From positions 1 through 53,575 of the IMG/VR virus record IMGVR_UViG_3300044497_000088: DNA of 53,575 nucleotides; one strand, given 5' to 3'. Position numbers and translations under genes: made by a program. This stretch comes from a virus. Lineage: Duplodnaviria > Caudoviricetes. This document shows, piece by piece, positions 26,427 through 35,843 of the stretch. Under the pieces are notes generated by a model. That model was not told the DNA's origin. It made no database searches and worked only from the letters and a program-made list of their open reading frames with translations. Numbering within the stretch: the stretch's first letter is position 1; the number at the start of each line of letters is the position of its first letter.

Positions 26427-26875
26427 AGTTCAAGACGCTAGTCGCCCTCGCCGTCACGCTGTTCACCATCGCCGCCGTGCAGGCGGCGATGACGGTGACG
26501 CTCTACCAGCCAGACGCGTCGCTCGAGCGCATCAGCGCCGCGTTCGTGTCGGCGGCCGACGGCACGGTGTCGCAGGCGATAACGATCCGCGGCACGATCG
26601 TCCGCGTGGTCACCGACCCGGGCGCGACCGCGCCCACGACGCTATGGGACATCACGTGTCCGGACGCGAACGGCGTCGACCTGTTCGCGGCCCAGGGCGC
26701 GGACCGCTCGGCGACGGTCACCGAGCACTTCGTGCCTGGAGTGCCGTTCAAGGACGGCACCACGGCGGGTCTCGCACCGGTGGTCTACATGGGCACGGCG
26801 ACGCTGACCATCACGAACGCCGGCAACGCCAAGAACGGCACGGTCATCGTCTACGTGCAGAAATCGACGAACTAA
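26423..26875 (+). CDS. Beta-rich protein with signal peptide-like N-terminus
   Basis: MKFKTLVALAVTLFTIAAVQAA. Confidence 0.6.
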   Translation: MKFKTLVALAVTLFTIAAVQAAMTVTLYQPDASLERISAAFVSAADGTVSQAITIRGTIVRVVTDPGATAPTTLWDITCPDANGVDLFAAQGADRSATVTEHFVPGVPFKDGTTAGLAPVVYMGTATLTITNAGNAKNGTVIVYVQKSTN

Positions 26876-26966
26876 ATCTGCGGCCGTCGAAGAGCTAGCT
26901 GAGCGTTGTTACGAGGCCCTCGGCTAGGCGTAGAAGGCGCATGACACAATAAAAGAGAAGTGCTAT

Positions 26967-27959
26967 ATTTTCTCCAACGACGCGACCAAGCTCCACAGCA
27001 ACCCCAAAGCCACGACCGCGCTCTTCCTCGACTTCGACGGTCACATCGGCCCGGCGTATGGCGTCGGCCCGGTCGTGACGACGCCAGCGTTTGAAGTGCC
27101 CGCCGCTATCCCTGAGATCCATGCCGGAGTAGCCGCTTACTTCGCGCCGTTCAACCTGGACGTGACGACCGAGGAGCCGGCCGGCGGGCGCGTCGCGATC
27201 GTTCGTGTCGGCGGCAAGTGGTCCGATTGGTTTCCACAACGGAACGGCGGCACAAGCCTGCCAGGTGGCCTCGACGCCGGTCGAAACGTCGCCTACGTCT
27301 TCGCGGTTGACAGCCTGGGAAACAACACGCGGCACGTCCTGCGCTCGATCGTTCACGAGGCGGGGCATGTTTTTGGCTTGCTGCATCAAGAGCAATTCGG
27401 TGACGCGGCCTTCGCCCCGATCATGGGCGGTGGAAACCTGGAGGCGGCGAGAGTCGGCTGGGTGGTCGGAAATAACGAGTTGGGCGCGCCGCAGGACGAC
27501 GTGGCGATCCTGACGGACACGCTGGGAGGACTCGCTCAGGCTGTGCCGCCCTCTCCACCTGTCCCACCGCCAGCAGCACCGGCCGTCTTTGGCGTCACGC
27601 TCGCGATCGTCGGTGATCCAACGAACGGACGGCCGTACAACATCGTCGCCACGGTCCCGCCCGGCACAGAATCGCTCGGCTGGAAGTTCAACGGCAACTA
27701 CGCGGGAGTCACCAGGGGCGGCATCTGGGACTACGGCCACGGTTACGACGGCCGCCAGAAGCCGCTGATAACGTTCGGACTTGGGAAGCACACGATGGAA
27801 TGTGGGGCGTCTGACAAGGATGGTAAGCCGCTCGCCACTGGTTCGATCACGTGGGTTGAGAGTGCGCCGCCGCCGGTTGTTGTACCGCCTACGTCGCAGG
27901 ACAGCGCGGAAGTCGTGCTGGGCGGGGTTATCTACACGATCACGCGGAAGGGGAAGTGA
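26967..27959 (+). CDS. Metzincin zinc metalloprotease (start uncertain; track start 27075)
   Basis: HEAGHVFGLLH with APIMG Met-turn; in-frame LHSNPKATTALFLDFDGH lies upstream of the first canonical start. Confidence 0.75.
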   Translation: MFSNDATKLHSNPKATTALFLDFDGHIGPAYGVGPVVTTPAFEVPAAIPEIHAGVAAYFAPFNLDVTTEEPAGGRVAIVRVGGKWSDWFPQRNGGTSLPGGLDAGRNVAYVFAVDSLGNNTRHVLRSIVHEAGHVFGLLHQEQFGDAAFAPIMGGGNLEAARVGWVVGNNELGAPQDDVAILTDTLGGLAQAVPPSPPVPPPAAPAVFGVTLAIVGDPTNGRPYNIVATVPPGTESLGWKFNGNYAGVTRGGIWDYGHGYDGRQKPLITFGLGKHTMECGASDKDGKPLATGSITWVESAPPPVVVPPTSQDSAEVVLGGVIYTITRKGK

Positions 27960-29779
27960 TGGCTGCATTCACGTCCAAAGCGAACGGAAATTGGTCGGCT
28001 GGCGGCCAAACGACCTGGAACGAATCTGGCGTTCCCGGCGACGGCGACACCGTAACCATCACGCATAACGTCACGGTAGATGTTGATACGACGATTGGAA
28101 GCGACAGCGGTGACGCGATCTTAGGCGGAGCAACCACCCCGACCCTCAAAGCGATCACGATTGCAGCTGGCAAGATATTGACGGTTAAGGGTGACATTCA
28201 TTTCCCGACGAACTCGTATTTCGAGGTTGTCGTTAGTGCTGGTGCAACGCTGAGGATGTACCCGGCGAGCGGCGTGACGCTGGAACTAGACTTCGCCTAT
28301 TTCGACAATCTCGTTTGCAACGGATCAATTGGGTCCAGGGCCACCGTCACCACGGACAAGGGCCGGGGCGGCAATAACTCCCTGATGACGAACGTGGTGG
28401 GCGACGGACTACACACAGCGACCTATACCGACTTCTCTCACTTCGGCACAACGACCGCATTCGGTCTGCGGTATATCGGGTTGACGTTCGCGCTGACGAT
28501 TACCAACTGCACTTTCGACGGCTGTAACTTCGCGTTCGCGACTCACAGCAACGCTTACGATCAAAACATCACGATCCAAAATAACACGTTCGTCAACTCC
28601 CCGGCGGTCACGAACACCGGATTCTCGGCCTCGACGTGCGCGCAGTTTGCCTTTCATTCGGGGATTACCATGCCGGGTTCATCCACCTGGCTAATCGACA
28701 CCAACGGCTTTGACGCAGACGTTGAAATTCTGCTGTTCTATTCCAAGTTGGCCTTCACGAATAACGTCTTGCGATACCCGTTCATGGGTGCCAGCTCGGC
28801 GTGGTCGTCGGATACGAAGTACAGCGGGAACATCATCTATTTCAACACTGACGAAGGCCCGACGTTCTACGGGCCGACGAAAGACTGCTTCATTTTCGCC
28901 ACCGATACTAGCAACCAGCACTTCATGTCGGTCGTCAGCGGCGGCAATGTCACCGGCTGGGTGTATGACTGCGACGGTCCCTCCGCTGATGGCGATTGCA
29001 TTTTCATTGCTGCTGGTAGCACCGTGAGCGTCACGGGATGCTTGGTGACAGGCGACGGAACCTCGGCCTCCGGCAAGCTGGTAAATGCTCTTGGCGGTGC
29101 GGGTGCGGGTGCGATCACCTGCAACCATAACACGATCTCTGGCACGCCAGAGGGCGGCATCATCCACACCGATGAGGCAGCGAGTAGCCACGCCGGACAT
29201 ATCGCAAGTTGCCAATCCAACTTGCTTTGGGCTCCCGGCGCTCACGCTTCCAACAACATCATCTACGCGGGCGGGTCTGGGACGCCTGCCGTCGATGCAG
29301 TGACGCTTGCCGACTACAACGCCATCGGCAACCCGAACATTGGCGACTGCTACTACAACACCAGCACGCTGCAAACAACCGTCGTCGGCTACGAAGGAAT
29401 CAAGATCAGCCTGAACGACGATTACCCCAACGCTCAGGTTGGCGCGAACGACCTCACGATCACTGGCAATCCATTCGTCGATTCAACCCGCAACTGGATT
29501 GCCTGGGGAGTGGCAATCGGCGGCACTGCGGCTACGCATGAGGCTGCGTTCGCGTACATGGCGGCGAATCCGTCAGTTGCAACCGATGCGACCAACGGTG
29601 TAGTTCAGTGGGTGAAAAACGGGTTCAAGGTCACGGGCTCGCAGGGGTTGCTGATCAAGGACAACGGGCACGACTCGGTGACGCGCGGGGCGATGGCGTA
29701 TGATGTGGCGGCAGCGGTCCCGCCCGGTGGCGTATCTCTGGCTGGCGGAATGCACGTTCTATCGGGAGGAATTGCCTAA
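27956..29779 (+). CDS. G8-like / beta-helix protein (putative spike or depolymerase)
   Basis: SKANGNWS..TTW..GVP..GDTVTI N-terminus; ITNCTF, IQNNTF, CNHNTI beta-helix rungs; lower GC. Confidence 0.65.
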   Translation: MMAAFTSKANGNWSAGGQTTWNESGVPGDGDTVTITHNVTVDVDTTIGSDSGDAILGGATTPTLKAITIAAGKILTVKGDIHFPTNSYFEVVVSAGATLRMYPASGVTLELDFAYFDNLVCNGSIGSRATVTTDKGRGGNNSLMTNVVGDGLHTATYTDFSHFGTTTAFGLRYIGLTFALTITNCTFDGCNFAFATHSNAYDQNITIQNNTFVNSPAVTNTGFSASTCAQFAFHSGITMPGSSTWLIDTNGFDADVEILLFYSKLAFTNNVLRYPFMGASSAWSSDTKYSGNIIYFNTDEGPTFYGPTKDCFIFATDTSNQHFMSVVSGGNVTGWVYDCDGPSADGDCIFIAAGSTVSVTGCLVTGDGTSASGKLVNALGGAGAGAITCNHNTISGTPEGGIIHTDEAASSHAGHIASCQSNLLWAPGAHASNNIIYAGGSGTPAVDAVTLADYNAIGNPNIGDCYYNTSTLQTTVVGYEGIKISLNDDYPNAQVGANDLTITGNPFVDSTRNWIAWGVAIGGTAATHEAAFAYMAANPSVATDATNGVVQWVKNGFKVTGSQGLLIKDNGHDSVTRGAMAYDVAAAVPPGGVSLAGGMHVLSGGIA

Positions 29780-30963
29780 TGGAAGTCTTAGCCGGTTCAA
29801 CCGACATCACGACCTATTTCAACTTGCGCTTAGCGGTAGACGGCACTTCCGCGACGGGGCTAACGATCAGTGAGTTGGATTTGCAATACGTGCGGTCTGG
29901 CGTTGTGCCTGTCGCGAAGGTTGACGCCGTGGCGCTTGCCGCGACAGACACCGCGCATACCGACAATCGGGCCATCGAAATTGACGCGATCGATCAGCCA
30001 GGACTGTATCGCGTTGACTGGCCAGATGCGGCTTTCGCTGCTGGCGTGCGTGAGGTGATCGTGACTGTTAAGCACACGACCTGCTTCATCGAACACTTGC
30101 GGGTGAATCTGACGCCGGTGCCGGCGAATGTCGAAACAATCAAATCAAATCCAGTAGTCAACGGCGGCACGATCACTTTCCCCAGCGGAGCAACTCTTGC
30201 CAGCACGACGAACATCACGGCGGGAACGATCGCTACGGTGACGAATCTCACGAACCTACCGACGATTCCCGCCAACTGGCTAACAGCGGCAGGGACAGCG
30301 GCCGATTTCACGACGGAGATTCAGGCAGGACTGGCAACCGCGGCATCCCTCGCGACTGCGCAAACCAGTATCGACGACCTGCCGACGAATGCGGAGTTAG
30401 CCACGGCGCTTGGAACCGCCGATGACGCCATTCTGGTTCAGGTGGCCTTGGTCAAGGCTAAGACGGACAACCTACCCAGTGACCCGGCCGACCAATCGCT
30501 GATAGTCGCCGCCACGGATGCCCTAGCAACGCTCATTGGTGGCGTGCCTACCAACGCTGAACTAGCAACGGCCCTGGGAACTGCTGATGACGCCGTGTTG
30601 GCCCAAGTCGCACTGGTCAAGGCCAAGACGGACTTGATCCCCGCCTCGCCGGCCAGCACGACCAACATCACGGCCGCCAGCGGCGTGGTGCTAGCGCCCA
30701 CCGGCGTCGACCTGATCTTGGTCGAGAGCGGCATCACCGCCGGCGCTGGCCTCACCAACGACACCGGGGCGCAGCTCACCGGGATCAACCTGCGCCAGGC
30801 GTTGTCGCTCAAGGCGGCTGGTCTCACCGGCGTCCTCGCCGGGGCCGGGACGACCAACGTCACCATCAAGCCGACCGGCAAGCCAGCCGGCAACACGCGC
30901 ATCAACGCGACGGTGACTCTGACTGGGAACCGGACCGCGCTCACACTCAAGGTGCCAGACTGA
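29779..30963 (+). CDS. Ala/Thr-rich virion fibre-like protein with internal repeat
   Basis: PGLYRVDWPDAAF motif; duplicated 29-aa block. Confidence 0.6.
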   Translation: MEVLAGSTDITTYFNLRLAVDGTSATGLTISELDLQYVRSGVVPVAKVDAVALAATDTAHTDNRAIEIDAIDQPGLYRVDWPDAAFAAGVREVIVTVKHTTCFIEHLRVNLTPVPANVETIKSNPVVNGGTITFPSGATLASTTNITAGTIATVTNLTNLPTIPANWLTAAGTAADFTTEIQAGLATAASLATAQTSIDDLPTNAELATALGTADDAILVQVALVKAKTDNLPSDPADQSLIVAATDALATLIGGVPTNAELATALGTADDAVLAQVALVKAKTDLIPASPASTTNITAASGVVLAPTGVDLILVESGITAGAGLTNDTGAQLTGINLRQALSLKAAGLTGVLAGAGTTNVTIKPTGKPAGNTRINATVTLTGNRTALTLKVPD

Positions 30964-31115
30964 TGTTCTACCATGGGTTCTTCTCGGTCAACTACTTCCC
31001 CGACAACTACTTTCCCGGCGGCAGCGGCGGCTCGTCAGGCGACGTCGATTCCGCGTGCTTCACCGTCGCCCTGGAGCACGCGACGTTCACTTTGAAACTC
31101 CTGGACTGCTGCTAG
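30963..31115 (+). CDS. Small aromatic-rich protein (50 aa; missing from the ORF track)
   Basis: TGATG-coupled; MFYHGFFSVNYFPDNYFPGG. Confidence 0.5.
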   Translation: MFYHGFFSVNYFPDNYFPGGSGGSSGDVDSACFTVALEHATFTLKLLDCC

Positions 31116-31130
31116 GTACGATAAGTCAAT

Positions 31131-31487
31131 ATGTCAGCCCCGGGTTATTTCGTTATAGGCGACTCGCTGCCGTTCAGGGCGGAGGAGGCCGTCTCGGCCC
31201 GCACGGGCGACCCGCTACTCGCAGCGACGGCGACGTACTCCATGCTCGACGCGCAGTCGAGGGCCGAGGTCGCTGCCGGCGACATGGTCCTATACGACCA
31301 GATACTGATGAGCTTCGAGGCGGAGATACTGCCCGAGGACTTGGAGTTGTACGACGCGACGACTAACCCCAATGGCGTGGTGCCCAACAGAGAGTACCTG
31401 CTGAAAGCCACCGTCGACGACGGCGGGATCAAGACCAGTCGCGCGTTGCGACTGGTCGCCTTGCTCGACCCACCAGCCAACAGATGA
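31131..31487 (+). CDS. Hypothetical beta-sandwich protein
   Basis: Clean ORF in the late operon. Confidence 0.55.
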   Translation: MSAPGYFVIGDSLPFRAEEAVSARTGDPLLAATATYSMLDAQSRAEVAAGDMVLYDQILMSFEAEILPEDLELYDATTNPNGVVPNREYLLKATVDDGGIKTSRALRLVALLDPPANR

Positions 31488-31930
31488 GGGACACACAGAT
31501 GTGGCTACTAGCACAGACGCCGGCACCAGCACCGGGCTTCGACCTCAGCTCGCTGTTGAGCAACCCGACTCTGCTCATCATCCTCGCGGTCGGATTCTTC
31601 CTGTTCAAGGACAAGATATTCCCGCCCAAGGTGCCACCGGTCTACCAGCCGCCGTTGCCGCTGCCGGTCCCATTGCCGACTGACCCTGCCACGCCTGCTC
31701 CGCCACAGCCGCGCCCGATCATCGACCTGGTCAACACCATCCTGCCGACGCTCCTGCCGATGCTCACCCCGCTCATCCAACAGCTCATCGAGAGTCTGGT
31801 CAAACGGCAGATGCAGGCCGAGCGCGACACCATGATGCGTGAGCTCGGTGCGACGGTAGCTATGATGCGGCAGGGAGACTCCGCCACGTCGTTGCCTCAC
31901 GCGACCGGCCTGCCGCCACGCGCCGTATAG
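31484..31930 (+). CDS. Pro-rich single-TM membrane protein
   Basis: TLLIILAVGFFLF helix. Confidence 0.6.
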   Translation: MRDTQMWLLAQTPAPAPGFDLSSLLSNPTLLIILAVGFFLFKDKIFPPKVPPVYQPPLPLPVPLPTDPATPAPPQPRPIIDLVNTILPTLLPMLTPLIQQLIESLVKRQMQAERDTMMRELGATVAMMRQGDSATSLPHATGLPPRAV

Positions 31931-31963
31931 GTCTCGATCACGAACGAGTGTAAGGGACCACGC

Positions 31964-32329
31964 GTGCAGAACCTCACCATCACCCAGCGGCTGTTCATCC
32001 TGGCCGCTCTGTACTTCCTGCTCAGCGGCGGGTCGATCCCCGGCATCCCTGGGGGCGGCACGGTCAAGGCGGTCACATACGTCCATGACCGCGAGACGCC
32101 GGTGCCGAGTGGCGTTCGCGCGTTCCTCAATGAACTCAACCATCGCACGCCGCCGATCATGGCGACTGTTTACGAGGTGGAGACGACGACGCCCGCCCAG
32201 TACGTCGTCGCCCATGAAGCGGCCAAGTCCGTCGGCCTACCCGCGATCGTTTCGACCGACGGCAAGAAAGCGTTGAAGACAGTCAAAGCCCCGCAGACCA
32301 AAGAGGAAGCACAGCGATGCTTACCATAA
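31964..32329 (+). CDS. Membrane-anchored protein with thioredoxin-like tail
   Basis: N-terminal TM helix; GLPAIV..DG segment. Confidence 0.5.
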   Translation: MQNLTITQRLFILAALYFLLSGGSIPGIPGGGTVKAVTYVHDRETPVPSGVRAFLNELNHRTPPIMATVYEVETTTPAQYVVAHEAAKSVGLPAIVSTDGKKALKTVKAPQTKEEAQRCLP

Positions 32330-32676
32330 ATACGCTCTCTTGGCAGAACGTCGACGCCCCCGGCAAGGTGCTCCTCGTCCAGGTCAACGGCCGGCTGTAC
32401 GCGCTGACCGACCGGCTCAACCAGCCCAACACGTCGCGGGTCGACGTGGTCGTCTACCAGGCGCGGGAGTTCATGGGCCTGCCGTGTGCGCCTCCGGGCG
32501 TGATCGACCAGGCGACGGGCCAGCGCGACAAGATCGCGATCGGCGAGGGCGACGGTCGCCGCGCGTCGGTCAGGGCCGCCATAGAGAAGTACCTGACTGA
32601 CAACGGCGCGAAGCCGGTGTGCCAGTCGCACCTCGACCCACTCACGGACGCGGCCTTCGCCGCGATGCAGGCATGA
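32317..32676 (+). CDS. Hypothetical protein
   Basis: GAGGA RBS; coupled to the peptidase gene. Confidence 0.5.
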   Translation: MLTINTLSWQNVDAPGKVLLVQVNGRLYALTDRLNQPNTSRVDVVVYQAREFMGLPCAPPGVIDQATGQRDKIAIGEGDGRRASVRAAIEKYLTDNGAKPVCQSHLDPLTDAAFAAMQA

Positions 32677-33590
32677 TCGACTCGCATGCACACGTGGACA
32701 AGCGGCTCGTCGACGCGCCGCTGCCGGCCCAGGTCGACGGCCACTCCGGCTACCCGGCCGACAAGGCGCGCGAGGACACGCCGGAGGCGCTGCGATTCGC
32801 GGCCGGCAACACCGTGCGCGAGTTTCCCAAGGCGTACTGGATCGAGCCCAAGGACTGGGCCGCCAAGGCCAAGGAGAACGACGAGAACCACACGTGGCCG
32901 ATCAACTACATCGACCGCTTCACCAACCAGTCGCCGACGCACGAGTGCACGTGCCACTCCCTGCGCGCGAACATGGAGGCGGCCCGCAACCGGCAGCGCG
33001 GCATCTTCTACCCTGAGGGGCCGAAGAAAGCGTATCGCTACCCCGACTCGGCTCGCGGCTCGGTGTGGCTGTCGCCCATGTCCGTGTACGCGGAGGCCAA
33101 CCCAGGCCAGTGGGGTGGTGCCGGCATCGTCCAGGTCCTCGAGATCGCGGTGCGCCGCGGGATGCTGCCCGAGAAAACGCAGCCGCGCGAGTACGGGTTC
33201 AAGCACGCGCTGGCCGGCACGACCGGCGAGGGCGGACTCAACCAGTCCACCGGCAAGTGGACGAAGGTGTCCGACTTCCCGGCCGGGTGGGAGGAGACGG
33301 GCGGCCTGTTCAAGCCGGAGGAGGTCGTGTTCGCCGAGACGCTGGAGCAGGCCGTGTGCCTCATCCTCCACGGTGTCGTGTACAGCGTGGGCCGCTCCGG
33401 CCACGCCGTCCCGTGGGCGCAGTTCAACGTGACGGACAGGGTCTTCCCCTACGTGGACTCCTACGACGTGGTGCGGTACGACTCGTGGAACACCGCGCGC
33501 TCCGCCTACCAGGGCGGATTCGGCGTGATGACGCTCAGGGCGCCGTCGGGGAACGCCACCTGGGAGAATCCGGCCGGGACAGCGATATGA
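32673..33590 (+). CDS. Papain-like (C1) cysteine peptidase
   Basis: NQSPTHEC (oxyanion Gln, catalytic Cys), LSPMSVY, GHAV, DSY (NSW equivalent). Confidence 0.75.
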   Translation: MIDSHAHVDKRLVDAPLPAQVDGHSGYPADKAREDTPEALRFAAGNTVREFPKAYWIEPKDWAAKAKENDENHTWPINYIDRFTNQSPTHECTCHSLRANMEAARNRQRGIFYPEGPKKAYRYPDSARGSVWLSPMSVYAEANPGQWGGAGIVQVLEIAVRRGMLPEKTQPREYGFKHALAGTTGEGGLNQSTGKWTKVSDFPAGWEETGGLFKPEEVVFAETLEQAVCLILHGVVYSVGRSGHAVPWAQFNVTDRVFPYVDSYDVVRYDSWNTARSAYQGGFGVMTLRAPSGNATWENPAGTAI

Positions 33591-33844
33591 CCACGGTGAG
33601 ATGGGCCTACCTCGCGGCGTGCCTCGCGTACTTCCTGTACGCCAACCGGCCCGTGCCCGCGCCGCAGCCCGGCCCGCCGCCGTCCGACGAGATACACCAG
33701 ATACCTGACCCGCCGACTACAGCGGCCGAGCCTCTCACGCCAGAGCTCCAGGCTAGGGTCAAGTCAGTGGAGAAGACCGGCGGCCGCTACGACTACTGGA
33801 CGAACGGCCGCGACACCTACAGGAAGTGGGTGCCGGACAGATGA
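33587..33844 (+). CDS. Small membrane-anchored protein
   Basis: ATGA-coupled; N-terminal TM helix. Confidence 0.55.
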   Translation: MTTVRWAYLAACLAYFLYANRPVPAPQPGPPPSDEIHQIPDPPTTAAEPLTPELQARVKSVEKTGGRYDYWTNGRDTYRKWVPDR

Positions 33845-34125
33845 GCCGCAAGACGATCAACGTGGCGGTCGAGCACGCGCTCGGGGCGGCGGAGGCGCTG
33901 AGGCGCCTCGGCAGCGGCGACGCGTCCCCGCACTTCACGCTGCGCAGGGTCGAGGCGAAGTTCGTCGTCGGCACGCCGGTCGGCGAGGTGAGCGGGCAGC
34001 TGACGGTGACCGACGTCGCCGTCAGGGTAGACACGAACGAGAACCCGCGCCTGGTCCAGCTGTTCGACTCCACGGTGGAGTCGCGGGTCCGGGACGCGAT
34101 AGCGGAGAAACTCTCCAAGGAGTGA
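33841..34125 (+). CDS. Hypothetical protein
   Basis: ATGA-coupled. Confidence 0.55.
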   Translation: MSRKTINVAVEHALGAAEALRRLGSGDASPHFTLRRVEAKFVVGTPVGEVSGQLTVTDVAVRVDTNENPRLVQLFDSTVESRVRDAIAEKLSKE

Positions 34126-34129
34126 AGTC

Positions 34130-34387
34130 ATGCGTAAGTTCATAGTTGGTTTGCTCGCAATCGCCTGCCTCTCGCTGGCCGTGCCACCAGTCGAGGCGCG
34201 CTGTGGCCTGCTGCGCGGGATCGCTAGTGGGGCTTGCAAGCTAGTCGGTCGAGAGCGCCGCCAGGCTCGTCGCGCCGAGGGCCGCGGTCTCGGTCGGTTC
34301 GCGGGCGGTGGCTACGGTGGCTGCGCCGACGGGTCGTGCGCGGCGCAGCAGTCGCCCCCGCCCGGCTATGAGCTCGTCCCCAAGTAA
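34130..34387 (+). CDS. Small secreted Gly/Arg/Cys-rich peptide
   Basis: Signal peptide ending VEA; CADGSC motif; AAGGAG RBS. Confidence 0.7.
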   Translation: MRKFIVGLLAIACLSLAVPPVEARCGLLRGIASGACKLVGRERRQARRAEGRGLGRFAGGGYGGCADGSCAAQQSPPPGYELVPK

Positions 34388-34468
34388 TTCGACCCGCCCC
34401 TTGGGCGCGATCTCGCGGCGCCGCGATCGCAGAGAAGCTCGCGGCCCTCGCGCGCCACTGGCGTCAGT

Positions 34469-34498
34469 CCCCGGCCGAAGGGAATCGGCCGGGGTTTT
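34469..34498 (+). terminator. Rho-independent terminator
   Basis: CCCCGGCCGA-loop-TCGGCCGGGG-TTTT. Confidence 0.7.
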
Positions 34499-34721
34499 CA
34501 GGAGAGAAGCCATCAAAAAGTTTCGAGGCCCTCTGCGTACTTCACGATCGAGCATACGAGGGACCATCGTTTCAACGACCTCGCGACGACGTGTCCTGTC
34601 ATGCTTGGGACGAAGTTAAATGGAATGAGCTTGTCGAACTTGTCCACTATCGCGGCGGACGGATTTCATACGAGACGGAAAGTTCCTGCTGAGTCAAGCA
34701 CATAGGTGAGGTGCCAAACCA

Positions 34722-34967
34722 ATGACCCCAACCCAACCATTACTGCTCTGCACCGGCCGAGTCAGCAAGCCTGACGACAGTGGCGACGGCGGCGTCAGGG
34801 TCGTATCGCCACTCTGGAACGGTGAGATCGCATACACCGCTGGCGCGAACACGGCCCGCAGCGTGATCGACAGGGCCGAGGACGGACAGGAGATCGAGCT
34901 GTTCTATCGGTTCAAGCAAAAGCCGAGCACACAGAAGCGGGCCGGTAAGAAGCAGACGCACAAATGA
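34722..34967 (+). CDS. Hypothetical protein
   Basis: GAGGT RBS; coupled to the next ORF. Confidence 0.5.
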   Translation: MTPTQPLLLCTGRVSKPDDSGDGGVRVVSPLWNGEIAYTAGANTARSVIDRAEDGQEIELFYRFKQKPSTQKRAGKKQTHK

Positions 34968-35191
34968 CGCTCCAAGAACAACTCGACTCCGCGTTCGCGG
35001 CTGTAGATGAAAGGATCGGCAGGGCCGAGGACGTTTACCGCAGCCGACGCGTTGATGCCGCGATGGATGTTCTCTCCAAACGCATCTCGGCGGTCGTGAA
35101 TGCCTCCGAGTGCGTGAAGCCGGGCCACCTGGGTAGGCTGCTAGCGGAGTTGAACGGGGCCTCCGAACAAGTCGCGAGGGATAAGCGATGA
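34964..35191 (+). CDS. Hypothetical protein
   Basis: ATGA-coupled at both ends. Confidence 0.5.
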   Translation: MTLQEQLDSAFAAVDERIGRAEDVYRSRRVDAAMDVLSKRISAVVNASECVKPGHLGRLLAELNGASEQVARDKR

Positions 35192-35427
35192 CGCTCGACG
35201 AACATGAAGACCTGGAGCTGGAAATCACCAGGTTGAAGTGGCAGGCGATTACGACGCTAGTCGCCAGCTTGACTCGTGGTGGGCTGCTACGCGGCGTCGG
35301 TCGCGTCATAGGCGTCGGCAGGCGCCAGGCTCGCCGCGCAGAGGGACGCGGGCTCGGCCGACTGGGCTGCTGCGCCGACGGCCAATGCGCGGCGCCACCC
35401 GCGGGTTATGAACTCGTCCCCAAGTAG
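35188..35427 (+). CDS. Chimeric ORF whose C-terminal half is paralogous to 34130-34387
   Basis: Shared GLLRG, RRQARRAEGRGLGR, CADG.CAA, GYELVPK*. Confidence 0.55.
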   Translation: MTLDEHEDLELEITRLKWQAITTLVASLTRGGLLRGVGRVIGVGRRQARRAEGRGLGRLGCCADGQCAAPPAGYELVPK

Positions 35428-35465
35428 GGATGGCCATCGCGGTTCATGGACAGGAGCGAATAGCC

Positions 35466-35843
35466 ATGAGCGTTGAGCCAGAGGCCGCTACCGAGGCGAC
35501 CGACGCCACAGCCGCCGCGAAAGCGGCGAAAGCTGCGGCGAATGTCTCGCTCCCAGCCGACACCACGGGGGAGCAAGATCGCAACACCGCCGGCCGCCGC
35601 GGCATAAACCTCATGTGGGAGTCGACGCAGGCGGTCATCGCGCTGGCCGTCATCTTCACCGGGATGGCGACGGCGTCCATCCTGGCGCTGCGGACCGACG
35701 CGAGCGACGCCAGCAAGTCGGTGGCCATCACGGCGTTCCTGCTCATAAGCAACACTGTGTTCCTCGTGATCGGGTTCTACTTCGGGCGGACCAACCACGA
35801 GCGCCAGGGCGGCGTGGTCAACGGTCAGGGGGGGTCGCGATGA
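35466..35843 (+). CDS. Two-TM holin-like membrane protein
   Basis: Two hydrophobic helices ending VIGFYFG. Confidence 0.55.
   Translation: MSVEPEAATEATDATAAAKAAKAAANVSLPADTTGEQDRNTAGRRGINLMWESTQAVIALAVIFTGMATASILALRTDASDASKSVAITAFLLISNTVFLVIGFYFGRTNHERQGGVVNGQGGSR

Noticed and set aside
26896-26936. Structured RNA at the CTAGCTGAG/CTCGGCTAG hairpin
   Set aside because: A single modest hairpin with no recognisable motif or second copy
34130-35427. Diversity-generating retroelement TR/VR pair
   Set aside because: No reverse transcriptase, and the differences include indels and are not adenine-specific
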